From Bacilli bacterium (GTDB lineage Bacteria > Bacillota_I > Bacilli_A > ML615J-28 > CAG-313): a stretch of 64,000 nt of DNA. The stretch's first letter is position 1, and every line of letters begins with the position of its first letter. Shown here in pieces: positions 60,397-64,000 of this stretch. The notes beneath the pieces were generated by a model that saw nothing but the letters and a program-made list of their open reading frames with translations, was not told where the DNA came from and searched no databases. The position numbers and the translations under genes are program-made. The stretch is from the NCBI GenBank assembly GCA_017463365.1, contig JAFTPH010000031.1, positions 9,072 to 73,071 of the forward strand, in the 5' to 3' direction.

Positions 60397-61044
60397 ATGC
60401 GTTGTTTAATAATGGGCGCGCCAGGTGCTGGTAAGGGGACATATGCCGATGGAATTAAAAAACATTTCGGCATCCCCCACATCTCAACTGGTGAGATATT
60501 TCGTGAAGCTATAGCTAGTGGAAGCGAAATAGGATTACTAGCAAAAAAACTTATCGACAAGGGTAATTTAGTACCAGATGATATTACTAATGCCATTGTC
60601 AAAGAACGTATCAAAAAAGCAGATTGTAAAGATGGATTCTTATTTGATGGATATCCACGAACAATGGCTCAAGCGATAGCGTTTGATGAAATGTTAAGAG
60701 AACTTAACATAAAATTAGATGTAGTAATTAATATAGATGTTTCAGATGATATTATTATTTCACGAATTATTAATCGTCGTACTTGTCCATCATGTGGACG
60801 CGGATATAATATTGTTTCACTTAAACCTAAAAAAGAAGGTGTTTGCGATGATTGTGGAACAACCTTATATCAACGAAAAGATGATAACGAGGAAACTATT
60901 AAAAGTCGTTTAGAAGTATATAATAATCAAACTAAACCTTTAATTGATTATTATGATAAACAAAATTTATTGTTACAAGTAGATGGTGCTGGTAGTATTA
61001 GTGAAATCACTAAAAACATAATTACTGGCATGGAGGCTAAATGA
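60397..61044 (+). CDS. adk: Adenylate kinase (zinc-lid type)
   Basis: P-loop GAPGAGKGT and lid CPSCGR...CDDCG. Confidence 0.97.
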   Translation: MRCLIMGAPGAGKGTYADGIKKHFGIPHISTGEIFREAIASGSEIGLLAKKLIDKGNLVPDDITNAIVKERIKKADCKDGFLFDGYPRTMAQAIAFDEMLRELNIKLDVVINIDVSDDIIISRIINRRTCPSCGRGYNIVSLKPKKEGVCDDCGTTLYQRKDDNEETIKSRLEVYNNQTKPLIDYYDKQNLLLQVDGAGSISEITKNIITGMEAK

Positions 61045-61811
61045 TCACATTAAAAAGTGAGAGAGAATTAACATTAATGAGAGAGGCTGGACATATTGTT
61101 GCGCTTGCTCACAAAGCAGTACAAGAAGCAATTAAACCAGGAATCTCAACTGCTGAATTAGATAAGATTGCTTATGATGTAATTACATCTAATGGAGCAA
61201 CTCCATCATTTTTAAATTATAATGGGTTTCCCGCAACAATTTGCGCATCAATAAATGAGGTTGTTATACATGGAATTCCAAGTAAAAAAACAATCTTAAA
61301 AGATGGTGATATAATCTCAGTAGATATCGGAGCTTGCTATAAAGGATATCACGGAGATTGTGCAAAAACATTTTTTGTCGGTAGTGTGAGTGAAGAAAAA
61401 AGAAAGCTTGTAGAAGTTACGACACAATCACTATATGAAGGATTAAAATTTGCTCGTCCTGGTAATCGTTTATCGGATATTTCCCATGCGATTGAAGTTT
61501 ATGCTAAAAGTTTTGGTTATTCTATTGTGCTTGATTATACTGGTCATGGTGTCGGTCATGCATTACATGAAGACCCAGCTGTTCCAAACTATGGAGCTCC
61601 TGGTAAAGGACCAATATTAAAAAAAGGAATGACCCTAGCAATTGAACCAATGGTAAATATGGGAACACACCGTGTAAAAGTTTTAAAAGACAATTGGACA
61701 GTAGTCACACAAGACAAAATGCCAAGTGCACACTACGAACATTCGATTGTCATCACTGATGACGGTTATGAAATTTTAACTAAAATTAAAGGAGAAGAAA
61801 TAGATGTCTAA
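61041..61811 (+). CDS. map: Type I methionine aminopeptidase
   Basis: Motifs VIHGIP, DIGA, GHGVG, EPM. Confidence 0.97.
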   Translation: MITLKSERELTLMREAGHIVALAHKAVQEAIKPGISTAELDKIAYDVITSNGATPSFLNYNGFPATICASINEVVIHGIPSKKTILKDGDIISVDIGACYKGYHGDCAKTFFVGSVSEEKRKLVEVTTQSLYEGLKFARPGNRLSDISHAIEVYAKSFGYSIVLDYTGHGVGHALHEDPAVPNYGAPGKGPILKKGMTLAIEPMVNMGTHRVKVLKDNWTVVTQDKMPSAHYEHSIVITDDGYEILTKIKGEEIDV

Positions 61812-62022
61812 AGACGATGTTTTTGAAGCTGAAGGAACAGTTGAAGAAGTGTTACCAAATACAGTTTTCAAAGTAAAACTTCAAAATGGTCACGTTATTA
61901 CCGCCCACGTTTCTGGTAAAATCCGAATGCATACAATACGAATCTTACCAGGTGATAGAGTAACTGTTGAGATATCACCATATGATATAACACGTGGACG
62001 TATTACTTATCGTCATAAGTAA
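61804..62022 (+). CDS. infA: Translation initiation factor IF-1
   Basis: S1-like 72-aa protein and operon position. Confidence 0.97.
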   Translation: MSKDDVFEAEGTVEEVLPNTVFKVKLQNGHVITAHVSGKIRMHTIRILPGDRVTVEISPYDITRGRITYRHK

Positions 62023-62079
62023 TTACTTAAACAAAAAAATTAAAAATTTACAAATAACAACATATATAGGAGGTACCAA

Positions 62080-62196
62080 ATGAAGGTTAGACCATCAGTA
62101 AAACCCATTTGTGATAAATGTAAAGTTATTAAAAGAAAAGGTCGTGTTATGGTAATCTGCTCAGCTTACCCTAAACACAAACAAAGACAAGGATAA
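62080..62196 (+). CDS. rpmJ: 50S ribosomal protein L36
   Basis: Translated by hand: [46 protein letters not shown] upstream. Too short to appear in the ORF track. Confidence 0.95.
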   Translation: MKVRPSVKPICDKCKVIKRKGRVMVICSAYPKHKQRQG

Positions 62197-62214
62197 TAGG
62201 AGGCTAATGAAAAT

Positions 62215-62580
62215 ATGGCACGTATATCTGGTGTAGATATTCCTAACAATAAACATGTAGAAATATCTCTAACATATATTTATGGGATTGGGAGACCAAC
62301 TGCCCAAAAGATTTTAGCAGCTGTTGGAATCGATGGAGAAAAAAGAGTTAAAGATTTAACAGAAGCTGAATTAACATTAATTCGTCAAGAAGTAGCTAAG
62401 TATAACGTTGAAGGTGACTTACGTCGTGAAACAGCACTTAACATTAAACGTTTAATGGAAATTGCTTGTTACCGTGGTTTACGTCATCGTAAAGGATTAC
62501 CTGTACGTGGACAAAGAACTAAAACAAATGCACGTACTCGTAAAGGCCCAGCTAAGACTATAGCTAATAAGAAGAAATAA
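62215..62580 (+). CDS. rpsM: 30S ribosomal protein S13
   Basis: Sequence and operon position. Confidence 0.97.
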   Translation: MARISGVDIPNNKHVEISLTYIYGIGRPTAQKILAAVGIDGEKRVKDLTEAELTLIRQEVAKYNVEGDLRRETALNIKRLMEIACYRGLRHRKGLPVRGQRTKTNARTRKGPAKTIANKKK

Positions 62581-62593
62581 GGAGGCGTAAAAA

Positions 62594-62980
62594 ATGGCTC
62601 GTAAAGTAGTTCGTAAACGTCGTGTAAAGAAGAGTATACCTGTTGGGGTTGCTCATATTCACTCAACATTTAATAATACAATTGTAACTATCACTGACCC
62701 TGTTGGTAACGTTGTTGCATGGAGCAGTGCTGGTGCAGTAGGATTTAAAGGAAGCAAAAAATCAACTCCATTCGCAGCTCAAATGGCATCTGAAGCTTGT
62801 GCAAAAGTTGCTATCGAAAACGGAATGAGCAAAGTTGATGTTACTGTTAAAGGACCAGGTCCTGGACGTGAAGCAGCAATTAGATCACTTCAAGTTGCTG
62901 GATTAGATATTACATCAATTCAAGATGTTACTCCAATCCCTCACAACGGATGTCGTCCTCCAAAGAAACCTCGTGGATAG
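62594..62980 (+). CDS. rpsK: 30S ribosomal protein S11
   Basis: Sequence and operon position. Confidence 0.97.
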   Translation: MARKVVRKRRVKKSIPVGVAHIHSTFNNTIVTITDPVGNVVAWSSAGAVGFKGSKKSTPFAAQMASEACAKVAIENGMSKVDVTVKGPGPGREAAIRSLQVAGLDITSIQDVTPIPHNGCRPPKKPRG

Positions 62981-63020
62981 TAATTAGATATATTAATTAA
63001 TCATTCATAGGAGGAATAAG

Positions 63021-64000
63021 ATGAGAAAAGTTGAATTTATTAAACCATCAATGGAAATTGATAATGAGTTTAGCTCAGATAAAAACTATTGTAAATTAAG
63101 AGTAACACCGCTGGAGAGGGGTTACGGGCAAACAATTGGTAATTCGATGAGAAGGGTATTGTTATCATCATTACCAGGTGCTGCTGCGGTAGCTATCGCG
63201 ATCGAAGGTGTTGATCATGAATTTACTCCAGTTGATGGAGTAATTGAAGATGTTACTGAAATCATTTTAAACGTTAAAAATATTGTTTTCACAATCGATA
63301 GTGAAGATAACGCAAAAGGTATCTATGGTGCCGATAACGTTGTATATGAAAGCATTTTTGAAAAAGTTAACAATACCGCTACAGAAATGCCTGTTACTGC
63401 TGGAGATATTAATTTAAACTTTGAACAAGTATTACCAGCTGGTGAAAACAATCATCTTCCTCATGTAACTGTTGTTAATCCAGAACAATTAATAGCAACA
63501 CTTGCCCCTAATGGCAAAATTAGAATGACTTTAAGAATTCGTAATGGTGTTGGTTATGTGAACGCTGATGAAAATAAAAAATTCTGTAAAGACGGTGTAA
63601 ATCGTATTATTGGATTACTTCCAATCGATTCAATCTTTACTCCAGTTACTAAATGTCGTTATACAGTTGAAAAAACTCGTTTCGAAGATAACTTTGACTG
63701 TGACTTATTAACTTTAGAAGTATGGACAAACGGAAGTATTGAACCAACAAATGCATTATCACTTGCCGGAAGATTCTTAGCACAACATTTCGCAATCATT
63801 GAAGACTTAAATGAATATATTAAAGAACGTGAATTTATGTTACAAAAAGAAGAAAAAGTAACTAACAAGAAACTTGATAAGAAAATTGAAGATCTTGATT
63901 TATCAGTTCGTTCTTATAATTGCTTAAAACGTGCAAATATCAATACAGTTGGCGAATTAACTCAAAAGACTGAAGAAGAAATGATGAAAGTTCGTAATTT
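63021..64000 (+). CDS. rpoA: DNA-directed RNA polymerase subunit alpha (3' end beyond the window)
   Basis: Read by hand: MRKVEFIKPSMEID...PLERGYGQTIGNSMRRVLLSSLPG...LDLSVRSYNCLKRANI. Open to the window end, so it is absent from the ORF track. Confidence 0.95.
   Translation, partial: MRKVEFIKPSMEIDNEFSSDKNYCKLRVTPLERGYGQTIGNSMRRVLLSSLPGAAAVAIAIEGVDHEFTPVDGVIEDVTEIILNVKNIVFTIDSEDNAKGIYGADNVVYESIFEKVNNTATEMPVTAGDINLNFEQVLPAGENNHLPHVTVVNPEQLIATLAPNGKIRMTLRIRNGVGYVNADENKKFCKDGVNRIIGLLPIDSIFTPVTKCRYTVEKTRFEDNFDCDLLTLEVWTNGSIEPTNALSLAGRFLAQHFAIIEDLNEYIKEREFMLQKEEKVTNKKLDKKIEDLDLSVRSYNCLKRANINTVGELTQKTEEEMMKVRN

Overview
Low-GC (about 30% by eye) chromosome segment from an endospore-forming Firmicute; cwlJ, gerQ and spoVT are all present. 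The left 17 kb is the origin-proximal core: yaaA-recF-gyrB-gyrA, T-box-controlled serS, fhs-folD, pth-mfd. The right 14 kb is the S10-spc-alpha ribosomal protein cluster, running rpsJ to rpoA, with rpoA cut by the window end. The stretch from about 17.2 to 49.8 kb is accessory: a DUF4143-type AAA ATPase, several XRE-family HTH regulators, a DinJ-MNT/HepT toxin-antitoxin pair, two DegV genes, fba and a MarR regulator. The most interesting feature is a roughly 16.6-kb integrated element (about 23035-39657) that splits an XRE/TPR regulator gene in two. It carries a large serine recombinase and a TnpV-like protein but no virion or conjugation genes. Its cargo reads as one module: an RNPP/AimR-like regulator, a secreted acidic protein, a sigma-70-family factor, a phage-type holin, a tail-fibre-like protein with Ig-like repeats, a divergent Mur-ligase-family enzyme, a 1745-aa Rhs/YD-repeat toxin and an overlapping immunity gene. 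The Rhs toxin has no secretion signal and ends in TM helices, a pretoxin HINT domain and an LHH-type HNH nuclease. A conserved bipartite DNA motif precedes the sigma gene (twice), the membrane coiled-coil gene and the holin-to-Rhs operon. A related motif recurs five times in an ORF-free tandem array downstream of the immunity gene. My main hypothesis is a mobile, sigma-factor-controlled, holin-dependent release system for an Rhs polymorphic toxin, architecturally analogous to TcdR/TcdE and UviA/UviB-BCN5. All family assignments come from motif recognition by eye; no searches were run.
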